Under the pieces are notes generated by a model. That model was given only the letters and a program-made list of their open reading frames with translations. It had not been told where the DNA came from and searched no databases. A stretch of DNA of 63,923 nucleotides, filler included, from Octopus bimaculoides (lineage: Eukaryota): the NCBI RefSeq assembly GCF_001194135.2. It is 7 parts of 7 records of this genome, joined end to end, with 100 filler letters (N's around TTAATTAATTAA, not from the genome) between each part and the next. Parts side by side here need not be neighbours in the genome. Positions count along the whole stretch, not along the records: positions 1 to 25,577 come from NC_069000.1; positions 25,678 to 27,743 come from NC_068984.1; positions 27,844 to 33,587 come from NC_069006.1; 4 more parts are not named here. The stretch is one strand, 5' to 3'. The position numbers were made by a program, and so were the translations under genes. Shown here piece by piece: positions 14,087 to 27,922 of the stretch. Position 1 is the stretch's first letter, and each line of letters starts with the position of its first letter.

Positions 14087-15498
14087 ATGCCTCTCCTCAA
14101 TACTTTTGTCCTTAAGAAATCTTTTGTTCTTTATCTTTCGTTTCTCATCTTTTACTTCTTTCACTTATTGGACTGTGGTAATGCCAGGGCACTGCCTAGA
14201 AGATTCTTTTTTTTTTAATCGAGAAAATCCCTGGGTATGTAAACGTTAAAATGCAATAGAAATATCATAGAAATCTAGTAGACATGGCCACATTCGAGAA
14301 GATTAAACAGGTATAAGTGCAAATGAGTCCTTATATTTATTTTAACCCTGGTTCTTATATCACCGATCTTTTTTGTCGCACTGAGAGCAGTGTATTCATA
14401 ATTTCTGTTCTTTGGTTCCACACTGAAGGACACACGTACACAAAAAAAAGTATATAAGAAATTCACGGCCTCGTAGCACGGTGGTGTAAACATAAGCGAT
14501 AGTCATGGGTAGCTGAACATTACGGGTAATCGATGGGACATTGTTTTGCTGTAGTCAGAATCTTTGACTGATCACTGACCCGTATTGTTACAGACCAATC
14601 TGTGATAAGCGTAACATGGTTCACAATTAAACATACCGTGTTATCTCGGATCAGTGATGAATGAATCAGTGATAAACGAGGTTGTATGTATTATATAATC
14701 TTGTGTAGTTTAATGCTGCAAATGTGATTATATTGATTTCTAATTTTAGTACAAGAATCAAAATTTTAGTACTCGGAATCAAAAACATTCATGCCATTAG
14801 AGTGAAGCTCTCGGAAAAGTGGAACTCTTAGTTTACGACATTTTGCTGAAAGGTTTTGCTAAAAGGTTAATTTTACTAAAAGGTTAATCCCTGGGTATGT
14901 AAACGTTAAGATTTAATAGAAATATCATAGAAATCTAGTAGACGTATACTTCGCATGGCCACATTCGAGAAGATTGAACAGGTATAAGTGCAAAAGAGAA
15001 TATGAGAGATTCAATAGAAATATAATAGGGTTAAACAGAGAAACAGTTTGCCTATATTAAATATATAACGAAGATAGAGCAGACCTATAACAGAGATGGA
15101 AAAGAGATAGAGAGTACAAAATAAGGTAGATATAGAAAGATATAATACTAGAGATATAAAGTAAATGCTGTATTTCTTTATTAATTTATATAAGGGCATT
15201 ACTATACATGAATGCCTCACGCTAAGAGGGACTCTAAAAGTCAAACTACCATAATAAACACATTTTTACCGAACGCGAGAGAATGCAATTATCAAAGCTA
15301 ACCCCCTAACAACTTTTAACTTAACAGTAAATCATGATTTCGTAATCAATGTAGCAGTAATCTGCACCTTTTATTAATCAGTACACGTATGGTCAAGACA
15401 CATAAAAATAAACAATACTAAACATACCAGACGAACACTCCATGTATTCAGCATATAGTACATAGACAATTTTAGACTGATATATATATATATATATA

Positions 15499-15736
15499 TG
15501 TTAAATCTCTGAACGAAGTATAAACAGTAACTGCACGACAACGTGAAGTATATTTGCCACTTAAATGTGACTAGACCCTAAGAGTGAATGCTACTGTTGT
15601 TTTTAGCCCCAGGAGAACATCTCCTCCAGCTGTCTATTGACACACTTTCTGTGCCCATGTCGGTATTTGCAAAGGGAAGTCATCCTTCCCATCGTCGATC
15701 TGACGTGATACGCACGGACTCGAGTTTCTGGGTATA
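15499..15736 (+). mobile_element. Putative Penelope-like 3' end fragment (same family as 25370-25577)
   Basis: About 190 bp align with 25370-25560; both copies start right after a (TA)n run. The decayed translation resembles a PLE C-terminus (LNxxxExxxxCxHxxKY-like). Confidence 0.4.
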
Positions 15737-15872
15737 NNNNNNNNNNNNNNNNNNNNNNNNNNNNNNNNNNNNNNNNNNNNNNNNNNNNNNNNNNNNNNNN
15801 NNNNNNNNNNNNNNNNNNNNNNNNNNNNNNNNNNNNNNNNNNNNNNNNNNNNNNNNNNNNNNNNNTATATAT

Positions 15873-15903
<31 letters not shown>

Positions 15904-17370
15904 CATATATAATACTGAGAGATAGGGAGAGAGAGATGGAAAGAAAGAGAGAGAGAGAACTGATATATTATAAATTAAAAATAGTAATAAAAAAGCTCTA
16001 TTGGATGAAATAGAGAAACAGTTATCCCTTAGCCTTTCCTAAGCATTTTCGTAAGTTTCTCTTAAGCGTCCATGCTTGTTTTTCAGACTTTTAATTAATC
16101 CTTGTTTCATAGATTCTGTATGATATGAAGGTTTCCTTCCATAAGTCCAAAGTTAATCTGGTGACTGAAAAAAGTTGAGAATGTCTACCATATATGATCC
16201 ATAGTCGCCAGTGAAATATCTTCTGTGTATTACATATGATGCTCGGGACGGGCAAAGGGTTAAGATATAGCAGCGATACAAAACATCCGTGGGAGTTAAA
16301 GAAACACAGTAGAAATATAACACAGATACAAGATTGATAGACTAGAGATTGATAGACTAGAGGGTTTTGTCATACATATACAAGATAGGAAATTAGATAT
16401 TACTTATTTATAAGTATATAAAAGTTATATCAAGGAAGACCTAAATGACAGGCTTTATTTCTGGACACCAGAATGGAAGTTGAAAAATGAGTTACAAAAA
16501 AATAATGGGAACAAAATTGCAATAAATATAATAAAATAAATTAAATCAAAATATTGATTCGAATACGTGAAGAAAGAATCTAAAAACGATGGAGAGAAAT
16601 GAAATATGAGAATTATAATGAAATAAAGAGCGAAAATTTTTTTCAAGCGATAAAGAAATATATAAAACATCTCACTGACAAACGACAAGAAGTAAGGCAA
16701 TAAGTAAAGTGAATTATAAAAAGATAGGAATAATAAAAGAAAAGTCTGAAAATAGGGTCAAATCAAATCCAATAGGTAGTTTGTTTCGTCGTTCAGCTAT
16801 TTTACTAGCGAGATTTCTGTATGGTTTTATCTAGTTTTATCAATAAAAAACATCTGGATGAAATAAGATATATAAAAAAAAACTATTTATATTTTAACAT
16901 AATATCAGTTTGATCGATAAAATCAAAATTTGAGAAAAATTTTCTAGATAATAATTATGTTGTTTTTCTTTTTATTTCTCTTCCGATATTATCATATCTC
17001 ATTTGTGAGAAGAAATAGAGCTAAAACACACAGCAAAACAAAAAAAAAAGCAAAAATGTCTTGAAATTTCTTTTTATAACTTACAGTAAGATAGTTACTT
17101 CAATATCTTCACAATGAGCCTTTGGAAATTTCTGTATTTTCGTGGTTTTACTGATGTTATTTTTGTTGTTGTTTTTTTGTTATTGGTCATGTGCTTCAAA
17201 GGTTTTTCCTCCAATTATGTGGTTTCCGATTCGATCCAACTATGCGGCAAGAAACAAGTGCGTGTGTGTTTTCTGTTAACCACAATCTCAGATTTAATAT
17301 CATAGAAGTGAACGTTGTTATACACAATCTCTACGGAAGCCAGTAATGTGTGTGTGTGTGAAAGAGAGAC

Positions 17371-17445
<75 letters not shown>

Positions 17446-19034
17446 ACGCGCGCGCGTGTTTGTGTTTTCGTAGATCCTGAAAATACACAGCACGCTATAA
17501 ACATTGTCAGAGAATCCTATTTTCTGTAGCATAAAATGACCCGATTTTCTATTCCAGCAATCGTCTTTTCTTCTAAACAGATGACCCGCGAAAGACTATT
17601 TCAGAGATGTTATTATCCAAATAATATACGCTAAACATGTTTCCCCTCTGATCTTGTTGTTTCTCCATAAATCCATTTTGTTAATCATCAGTATTCTTTT
17701 TCTCCATGGTTCTTTGTGTTGAAATATCGTTCATTTCAATCTTTCCTCTCAAGTTTTGCATTAACCTACAACATTAACCCTCAATACGTGCTTGACAAAC
17801 GTGGAAGTGAATCTCTTGCGAGCAAAAGGAAAAAATAAAAGCAATCCATTTGGAAATAAAAGTGTAGAGAGTTTATCATGAACGAAGAAAATATGCTTCA
17901 GTGCTTTAACGCAAATTCAATCTATCCTAGTCGACAATCATTGCACCACGGCAATGGGTAAGAACCGAGCCAGCATTACAGAAGACATGTACATCCAATA
18001 AATTTAGGATCATCACCAAAACTGTCTGAAATAATTTGAGGAAATATTTTAAATTCTAATCACTTAATTGGAGGACTAAATCTTAAAAATAGCCTCATTG
18101 CTAAACAGCCCTACGTATTTATCACTGCTAGTCCTGTTTGTATTTAGACAACAACTTTGTGAACAGGAAAAGAATATAAATCGTCCATGTGCAAGAACTA
18201 GGTAATACTTATAAGTATTGTGGCAACTAATGTATGTGAGTATCACGACAAATAATTTTAAAACAAAATTATATTCCCATAATCATTCCCTTCACAAGAA
18301 ATTTCACTTTCACTTCTGCTTTTACTTGGAAATCAAAGCATTTTGAACTTTTCATATAAATTTAATCTAAAAATGCTCTAACAAATGATGTAGGGCGTAA
18401 AGCTTGTAACAGGAAATATGTTTTTTTTTTCCTAAAATATCATTAATGAATTACAACGCATCACTTAGTATAAACATAAAATTCTTAAAGCCTTACATTA
18501 CAAACCGTTTTACTATACAAACAGATACATGAGTTTACTTATCGGTCTTCAATACTATCTATATACCCCATCACTAAAAACATTATTTCTTAACTTACAC
18601 AACAAACTATCTTGATTTACCAATCTATTGATTTTAACATAATGTCATTTTACATAGTAACGTATTTTACTCTACTTTGACTTGGAAATCAATTGACATA
18701 TTATAATAGATGACTTTTCCCGTATGTCTTTCCGTTTCTTTGATGTTTACCTAATGTTTTTCATAATGTCATTTCTTTTTCTACTCTATATAATAGTAAT
18801 TTGAAATAGACTATGTTTCTGATAGCATCTATTGATGTTGCGTGCTGTAAGTTTACCTACTTAGTTTTAGATCTTTGGATGTCTATTGATGTCAATATTC
18901 GCGTTTTTGCGTGTTCATCTTTATCTATTTATACAAAAGTGTGCACGGAGGTTGTGTGTGTGACTGTGTGTTCGTATGAAACCACTTGTGTGTGCGTATA
19001 TCTTTGTGAGTGTGTGTGTATTAGTGCATCGGTG

Positions 19035-19099
<65 letters not shown>

Positions 19100-19126
19100 A
19101 TGTATATATATATGTATACGTCGGTG

Positions 19127-19164
<38 letters not shown>

Positions 19165-19584
19165 CAATGCGATAATTGTGTTTATCCGTATGTATCCTGT
19201 ATTCTCTATAGATGTATGTACACATACATACATATGTATATATTCGTGTATATGAATATGTCAATCAACATAAACACATATATACATACATTTCTATATA
19301 CTTATGTGCATTTACTGATCTATTGCACATATACAGTTAGTCCATTGAAACTTGTTAATATATATATACATATATATATATGTATATATATATGTGTGTG
19401 TGTATGTATGTGTGTGTGTATGTATGTATATATATGTATATATATATGTATGTATGTATGTATACATGTATGTGTGTATGTATGTATGTATGTATGTATG
19501 TATGTATGTATAAAACATGAATTTTCCATTTGCCCTAATCCTTTTAGAGTCATCAAATATTTAACTCAATTTATCTTCATATAT

Positions 19585-19998
19585 TGGCTTCAAATTTTGC
19601 CACAAGGCCAGCAATCTCGGGGGAGGGGACTAGTCTATTACACTGAATTCACTGCTCAACTGTCACATATTTCATAGGCCCCGAAAAGATGAAAGATAAA
19701 GTCACCCTGGACGAAATTTGAACTCAGAATGTAAAAGACGGATGTAATCCTGCTATGCATTCTGCCCGCCGTGCTAAGTGTTCTTCTGCGTTATCTATGC
19801 ATATATACACCGGTTTCAAATTTTGGCACAAAATCTACAATTTCGGGGAAGGAGTTAAGTCGATTACATTGACGCCAGTGCTCAAGTGGTACTCATTTTA
19901 TCGACCCCGAAAAAATGAAAGGAAAAGTCGCTCTGGGCGGAAATTGAACTCAGAAGCATTTTGTACGGCGTGTTAACCATTCTGCCTGCTCTCCGTCT
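19585..19998 (-). mobile_element. Two head-to-tail SINE family A copies
   Basis: 19585-19795 and 19811-19998 both match the reverse complement of 12793-13008. Confidence 0.8.
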
Positions 19999-20081
19999 TA
20001 TGTGTTTGCAAGCATATTGGTGCATTGTATGCGTTTGCGTTTATATATTATTTGTATGTAATAATTCAGTTTAATACTGTA

Positions 20082-20135
<54 letters not shown>

Positions 20136-21564
20136 AAATCTTCACCTTTCTTCTAATACCCAGCTACTTTGCTTTCAAAAGGCTACTTTGCTTTCAAAAG
20201 GCTTCTTTTCTTAAATTCATTTTCAATCGTTACCAACTTTTAATCAACCACAAAAATAATATTCATTGCCTATTTCCATTGTAATTGCACACTTCAACTG
20301 AAGTTACTTTCATTACCACTTCATTTTGATAGATAAACGCTCGTATACCAAATACTAACGATGTGGTTCTTTTCAACGTGCAAATGGTACTTCTTTGTTG
20401 GTTTCTAATCACAAAGCACCAGATACTACGATTTAAATATGTGTCTTGTGTATATAAAAAATTCAACAAAAATCATTTGAACAATCACTGCGGTGATATT
20501 GTCCTGTGATGGAAGTGTAACTAATATAATAATATACTATATTTTTTACTACACCCACCCACACATCTATCCATCCATCCATCTATCCATCCATCCATCT
20601 ATCTATCTATCTATCTATCCATCTATCAATGTATATATCTATCTATTAATCTACCCAGCTATCTATCTATCTATCTATTTATATATATATCTGTCTATCT
20701 CTTTGTCTATCTGTCACTCTATGTATTTATTTATCTATCTACCCATTCATCTACCTATCTATCCATTCATCCCTCTATCCATCTATCTACCTATCTAACT
20801 ATCAGTCTATATATCTATCTATTAATCTATCAATGTTTGTGTGTATGTGTGTATCTGTGTCTCAGTGTGTCTGTGAGTGTGTGGCAATATACACGCACAT
20901 ATACTCACAAACACACACACACACATACATACATACATACATACATACGTGCGTGTGTGTGTGTGTGTGTGTGTATTGTGCTGAATATCTTTTCAATATG
21001 TTTGGAATGTGACCAGCTGGGTGTTGATGGGTGTGTATGTTGTGATGACTCTTGTGTAAGAAAGAATTAGGGTTTTCCATTGGGTTAGATGTATACTTTG
21101 AGTGTCTCCAACTGTGTGTATGTGTGTGGGAACCGTATGTGTGTATGTGCGTTTGTTTGTTGTGTTAGTGAATGTGTGAGTGTATGTGTGTGTGTTGAAC
21201 ATATATGTTCAAATACACACATATACATATATATATATATACCGATTTTCGTTGCAGTATATTACCATCAATGATATTTGTGTGTGTGTGTGTGTGTGTG
21301 TGTGTACCTTTGTGTGTGTGTGTACCTCTGTGTGTGTGTGTGTACCTTTGTGTGTGTGTGTACCTTTGTGTGTTTGTGTGTATATATATATATATATTAC
21401 ATTCCATAGCAAAACCATTGCACCACACTTTGACAATTTTCAATTTTTTTTTATATCTTGGCATCCGAAGCAGCTGGAGATACGATAGTTTGGCCAAAAG
21501 ATCCGGCTATTGCAGGAAAAATAAATATTGAAAAAAAGCGCATTGTGACTATATATACATATAT

Positions 21565-21881
21565 GCAGGCGTGTCTCTGTGGCAAATGTCTTCTATAGCC
21601 TCCGACCAACCAAAATTTTTGAGTGGAATTGCTGGACGGAAACTGTATGCATGTGTGCGTGTCTTTCTGTCTGTGGTTGTTCCTCACCACCGCTTGACAA
21701 CTGGTGTTGGTGTTTTGTTGTCCCCGTAACATAGCAGTTCGGGAAAAGAGACCAGACACCGATGGAATATGTGCTGGGCTTAAAACAATAGTCTTGGGGT
21801 CAATTCTTTTTTACCAAACTTTTCAACACATTGCTCCACTATGACTGCAGTCAAATGACTGAAACAAGTAAAAGATAAAAG
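21565..21881 (+). mobile_element. SINE family B copy (degenerate)
   Basis: Body and tail GCAGTCAAATGACTGAAACAAGTAAAAGATAAAAG match family B. Confidence 0.75.
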
Positions 21882-21927
21882 ATACATCCATACATATATA
21901 TATATACATATATCTATACATACATAC

Positions 21928-21968
<41 letters not shown>

Positions 21969-22166
21969 NNNNNNNNNNNNNNNNNNNNNNNNNNNNNNNN
22001 NNNNNNNNNNNNNNNNNNNNNNNNNNNNNNNNNNNNNNNNNNNNNNNNNNNNNNNNNNNNNNNNNNNNNNNNNNNNNNNNNNNNNNNNNNNNNNNNNNNN
22101 NNNNNNNNNNNNNNNNNNNNNNNNNNNNNNNNNNNNNNNNNNNNNNNNNNNNNNNNNNNNNNNNNN

Positions 22167-22208
<42 letters not shown>

Positions 22209-22324
22209 AACAAACTTTTATGTCAAGAGTTACTAATAACTTTCAGTGTGTTTTAACTGTTAAGTGCTAAAAATCTCCTCCTGAAACCTCTGTGGTTATT
22301 ACTAATATTCGGCCATTTGAAACT

Positions 22325-22516
22325 CAACGAGATGGCAGAAACGTTAGCACGCCGGGCAAAATGCTTTATGTTCTGAGTTAAAAATCCACTGACGTCGACT
22401 TTGCCTTTCATCCTTTCGGGACGATAAATTAAGTACCAGTTGCGTACTGGAGTCGATCTAATCGACTAGGGTCCTTCCCCAAAAATTTCGGGCTTTGCGT
22501 CTAGAGTAGAAAAGAA
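22325..22516 (+). mobile_element. SINE family A copy
   Basis: Matches 12793-13008 with a short internal deletion. Confidence 0.85.
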
Positions 22517-22772
22517 TATGTAGAATTACAATTACTCTATCGTGAAACACACTGAAGCCAAATTATGACATGCAAATATCTTAGCTGCAAAACTAAGGCC
22601 ATACGTGTGCATGTGATTTTGTTTTGTTTTGTTTTGGATTTTTGGATCTTTGCGTGTCTATTTGTGTATGTATGTATGCATGTGTGTGAAACTGACTTTG
22701 CCCTGGTGCCAAATATGTAGAGATATTTTGTCCTTACATTTATATGACTTACAATTTATAGCAAGGAATTCA

Positions 22773-23324
22773 TTCTCCCTAACAGTTGAGGGAACCCGTG
22801 GAAGAGGTAGGCCCAGGAAGACCTGAGCTGAGGTGGTGAGGCAAGACCTTCGTACATTGGGCCTCACCGAGGCGATGACTACTGACCGAGACCTTTGGAA
22901 ATGTGCTGTGCGTGAGAAGACCCGGCAAGCCAAGTAAGATCGTTGCCAGTGCCCCTGGACTGGTTCTTGTGCGGGTGGCACATGAGATGCACCATTTTGA
23001 GCGTGGCCGTTGCCAGTACCGCCTGACTGGCTCCCGTAGGATTTTCGAGCGAGATCGTTGCCAGTGCCCCTGGACTGGCTTGTGCGGGTGGCACATAAAA
23101 GACACCATTTCGAGCGTGGCCGTTTTCGTGCGGGTGACACGTAAAAGCACCCACTACACTCTCTGAGTGGTTGGCGTTAGGAAGGGCATCCAGCTGTAGA
23201 AACTCTGCCAAATTAGACTGGAGCCTGGTGTTGCCATCCGGTTTCACCAGTCCTCAGTCAAATCGTCCAACCCATGCTAGCATGGAAAGCGGACGTTAAA
23301 CGATGATGATGATGATGATGATGA
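22773..23324 (+). mobile_element. RTE LINE 3' end with 3'UTR and (GAT)n tail
   Basis: TVEGTRGRGRPRKT*AEVVRQDLRTLGLTEAMTTDRDLWKCAVREKTRQAK*; the 3'UTR has an internal ~88-bp duplication; the tail matches 29470-29535 and 31294-31340. Confidence 0.88.
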
Positions 23325-23520
23325 TTCTTAGTGTAACACACAAACATCTCTAATTTGAATTTTGCGGGTTTCTACGATGTGCAAAATTTTCGCAAACCGA
23401 ATTTATTCATAATTTTTTATTTTTTTATTTTGGAACTGAATGAAATTATATTTATATAATTTTCCTTTATAATACTTTTTCCTATAATTCTAATTTGATA
23501 CCAACACTTTAAACGGATGT

Positions 23521-23860
23521 GGAAGTACATGTACTAGTGGTTAGAGCAGCGGGCTCGTGGTCGAAGGATCGCGGGTTCGAATCTCAGACCGGGCGATGTG
23601 TGTCTTTATGAACGAAACACGGCAGAAGGTAACGGTTCCGGCAGAAGGTAATGGTTCCGGCAGAAGGTAACAGTTCCGGCAGAAGGTAATGGTGAACCTC
23701 TGCTGGCTCTTTCGCCACAATTTTCTCTCATTCTTTCCTCCTGCATCTAACAGTGCACCTGTGACGGACCGGCGTCCTATCCAGGTGGGGAACCTATATG
23801 CCAATGAAACCGGGAAACCAGCCCTTATGAGCCAGGCATAGCACGAGAAGGAACAACAGC
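23521..23860 (+). mobile_element. SINE with a family C-like head, a different 3' domain and an internal 19-bp tandem
   Basis: tRNA-like head GGTTCGAATC; (GGCAGAAGGTAAYRGTTCC)x~4 at 23621-23696; 3' part GTGACGGACCGGCGTCCTATCCAGG...GAAACCGGGAAACC. Confidence 0.75.
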
Positions 23861-24682
23861 ACCTTAAACGGAAGTAATTCTAAAAGAAGTGTGGTTTATT
23901 CAACGAGAAAGCATCTCTTTTTTGTGGTATGATACTGTGATGGAAAGTATGATGTGAGCTTCGCACAACAGTTGAGCGTGCAAAATGAGAGAACCATTTA
24001 TTTGTCAGTTCAATTTCAGGAACCACTAAAGAATTGTTCTTGAAAGTTGTTGACAGTCATAGAAAACAAAATATGTTTCTATGGCCATAAAATTAAAAAG
24101 CCATAAATTTCAATTTCATTATTATTCCCCTAATGTTGTTAATTATCTACCAAACAAAGAATTGGTATTTTATGCAAGTCACGTTGCATCAATAAACTTA
24201 ACATATATTAACACAGAATTGTTTCAAACCTGACGTTCTTATGCAAAAGATAGATTAGTATATAAAAGTGCATTCTGCAGTTAAAGTTAAAGAAATTTTA
24301 AAGGAATTTATCTGATCTGATTTGTTCAATTAACTCACTTGAAACGAAATGGTATATTGTTATGGGATGAGGGAATGTGCGGAAAGAAAACATTTCATTT
24401 GACACAACCAGTCATAATGATGGCTTCTATCACATGGAACATGAAAATTTAGACAGACAGTCTTTTATTGTTACAGGTGTTCCTTGCATCTTAGTTTCGT
24501 AGTAGCAGAGCGTGTACTCCAAGTACAGTCACAGCTTGTGATAAAGAAACAATACTGGTCCTGAAGAGATTTCAAAATCTCTGTTAGATAGCTGTGAGCA
24601 TCGGTAACGTCGACTACAATATGGACTTTTATCATTTAGATTGCATTCGTCTCTGTTGAATTGTAATGTTATTAAGGCGTAC

Positions 24683-24835
24683 AAAGGCGGTGAGCTGACG
24701 GAATTGTTACCATGCTGGACAAAATGTTTAGGCTCTTTACTTTCTGGATTCCAAGTCCTCTGATGTTGACTTTGCCTTTCAACATTTCGGGGTCGATAAA
24801 ATAAGTAGCAGTTTTGCATTAACTTATTCTTTCCC
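24683..24835 (+). mobile_element. SINE family A copy (degenerate)
   Basis: Head AAGGCGGTGAGCTG and core GACTTTGCCTTTCAACATTTCGGGGTCGATAAAATAAG. Confidence 0.75.
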
Positions 24836-25369
24836 TCAGAATGGGTAGCCTTCTAAACTTAGCTTAGTTTTTCCTTGGGGCTGGCCAGATTGGAGCAATC
24901 TCGAGTTATAATCAGCCGAAATTGCGAAGATAATCTGGTACTCGACTGAAGAAAGAAAACTCCGAAAGACCCGTCCTTGTTTTCTTTGTATCGTCTGTCT
25001 GGATGTTTGTTGTCCCATTTTTGTATCACCTAACTGTCTGGATGCTTTGCGTTCTTGTCCCATTTTGTATTATATATATATATATATATAATGTGAACAG
25101 CTAGGTGTAATATGATACCATAACAGAAAAGTTTAATCGTCACTAATTGTGGCTAAGGATGCCGAAGCACTCATATTGTACGAAATAAGCGTTACAAACT
25201 CTTAATGTTGTAAGAAGCGCGCAATATACATATATACCCTAACAGCATCACTAAACTAGACTTGTTTCGCTTATCAGTGGTAGGCACATCAGTAGTGGCT
25301 ACTCAAATACCCGATGCTTCAGCTAAACATGGTTGTCAGTATATATATATATATATATATATATAGCAA

Positions 25370-25577
25370 TGTTAATTCTCTAAATGAAGTATTAACAGTA
25401 ACTGCACGATAAAGTGTAGTATATTGCCACTTAAGTGTGGCTGACCCCTAGGGGTGGATGTTACTGTTGCTTTTAGCCCCAGGAGGACATCTCCTCCAGC
25501 TGGCTTATCGACACACGACTGTGTCCTGTTTGCCAAGGGAGTTATCCCTCTCACCACGACCAGCAGCACGAACGTAT
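25370..25577 (+). mobile_element. Putative Penelope-like 3' end fragment (same family as 15499-15736)
   Basis: Homologous to 15499-15690; follows (TA)n and ends at a scaffold join. Confidence 0.4.
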
Positions 25578-26691
25578 NNNNNNNNNNNNNNNNNNNNNNN
25601 NNNNNNNNNNNNNNNNNNNNNTTAATTAATTAANNNNNNNNNNNNNNNNNNNNNNNNNNNNNNNNNNNNNNNNNNNNGGCAAGTTAAATTTAAACGCTGA
25701 AGTGAATCTAACGCTTTTTGTGTGTTTTTGAATGGCTTATAAACACCTTCACGCGACTCCATTTATTTAAGCAATGTGAACATTACATTAAATGTAAAAT
25801 GCAGAGCAATCCTCAGCTGCACAAAGATATAGAAATTTCATTTCAACAGAAGAACATATTGTTGTAACTACATTTAAACTCTCCAAGTGGAAAGGAAGAA
25901 TACAAAAAAAAATAAACATTTTGACTTAGCCAGACCATACAGGCTAGTAATTAATTCCAAGCAGATTTTAACTGTCACTGATTTTATTTATTTATTTTTT
26001 TTGTGTCATCTTATCAGACCTAGTGATTCAAAGCTTAAGAGGGCACCAGCCTTTTCCTTATAGGGAAAGGAAAAGGGGTAAACAATATACATGGGTATGG
26101 CTATAAAGAGTCTTTTGATTTTAGTGACACACTATTATAGATTGAGGTTTCCTCTACTAGCAGACCAGTTTATAATGGAGCAGGGGAAGGTCAAAAGTAT
26201 ATAAAATAAAGTTGCTATATGTGTACAGATACAGTATATGTTTATTCATAGTTTTCATTAATCAGAATAATGTATCAGTATTGTTTTACATATACTACGT
26301 TTGGAAACTTTGAGATACCAATATTTGCTTAATTAATATGTGAATAAATGAAAGCTAATTATAAATTAATAAATTAATAAATTAATAATGAAATAAGAAA
26401 TAAAAAGAAATAGTGTATAGTAATGTAACTAATTAATACATTCAGTATGCAAAAACCATGAAGTAGCATTAATTTAAAATGCTTTGGTAAAGTACAATTA
26501 GACTTATTTGCACCAATATAAAGAAGCATAGATAAGATGTGAAATTAATTTTTTTAATATATATTGGACTAAAAATTATTTTAAAATTAAAATTAAACTT
26601 ATATATCTAATATTATTTAAAGGACACATAAGAAATAAAATTTATTTTATAATTATTATAAAGAATTGATACATAGGATTTACATGGTTTA

Positions 26692-27300
26692 TAATGTAAA
26701 GGAGAAATATAGAGCGATTTGTGAATTAACGTAAAAGCTTAAAGGCATGGAAATAGATATATTTGGTGGAAGCGAAATGTAAGAAGAAAATCAATGTTCA
26801 AATTATATAGAATGGTAGATATCACTTATTTGAACTAAAGGTGTGTTTCTGCCAATGTTTACATCGATAAGTACGCTCTATAAACGTGTTTACAAGGGGA
26901 TTCTTAGAAAATAGAATAGAAAATAGTTCACTATTACAGAGTTGGCAGAATTCTTTGCCTTTATCGTATGGGAATGAAATGGAGAGAATCAACCAAACGA
27001 AATTAAATTGTTTATTATTAGATACCAAATTAATTTAATAAGCCCTGTACTGTTGCGTTTATTACTATCCCTAAACACAACAGTACAAGGCTTAGTAAAT
27101 TAATTTGGTATCTAAAAGACCATAATAAACAATTTAATTTAGATTGGTTGATATATCATATCATATAGGGGATATCTACCATTCTATATAATTTGAACAT
27201 TGATTTTCTTCTTACATTTCACTTCCACTAGATATATCTATTTTCATGCCTTTAAACTTTTATTTTAATTCACATATCGCTCTTTATTTCTGCTTTATTA
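26692..27300. repeat. Long inverted repeat (~130-bp arms) enclosing a second hairpin
   Basis: 26692-26823 is the reverse complement of 27171-27300 (about 90% by eye); inner arms 27000-27055 / 27078-27140. Confidence 0.9.
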
Positions 27301-27879
27301 GTTTTCTTTCTCTGTCTTTGACGTTATACCTTCTAACGTTTCTTTTTTAAAAACTTGATAGCGTTCCGTTCATCATTATACTCATCCTTCACATAATGTT
27401 AAAATCTCTTATTGATGAGTTTGGTTTCTTTCTTTCCATGGTGAGAAGATTACATTGTTTTACACCATTTTATTCCCTTGGAATAATACCAATGTTGTCT
27501 TCGAAACCTACGTCGGAATTAAAATAATTTGAATACCACCAGCGTTTAACTCCATTTATTTATTTATATATATTATACAAAATATTTCACATCAACCCGG
27601 AGTTTCTACCTTTACAAACAGGGCGTTACGTCCTTCTTACTTGCGTGATTTTTTGCTGCCCTGGTAAGGGTTTATTTATTTTTTCTGTGTTAATTGTAAA
27701 CACGGGAAAAATACACACACCTATTTACATATACATATGTATANNNNNNNNNNNNNNNNNNNNNNNNNNNNNNNNNNNNNNNNNNNNTTAATTAATTAAN
27801 NNNNNNNNNNNNNNNNNNNNNNNNNNNNNNNNNNNNNNNNNNNATTATTTATTCTAAATTGCCATACTTTAAAACAGAA

Positions 27880-27922
<43 letters not shown>

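Noticed and set aside
16030-17900. Possible RTE-like C-terminal remnants (16030-16300, 17600-17800; also 55620-55800)
   Set aside because: Motifs are too decayed to support a call without a profile search.
26018-26210. Possible small exons (acceptors at 26017 and 26140)
   Set aside because: No consistent open frame across the candidate junctions and no recognisable protein similarity.
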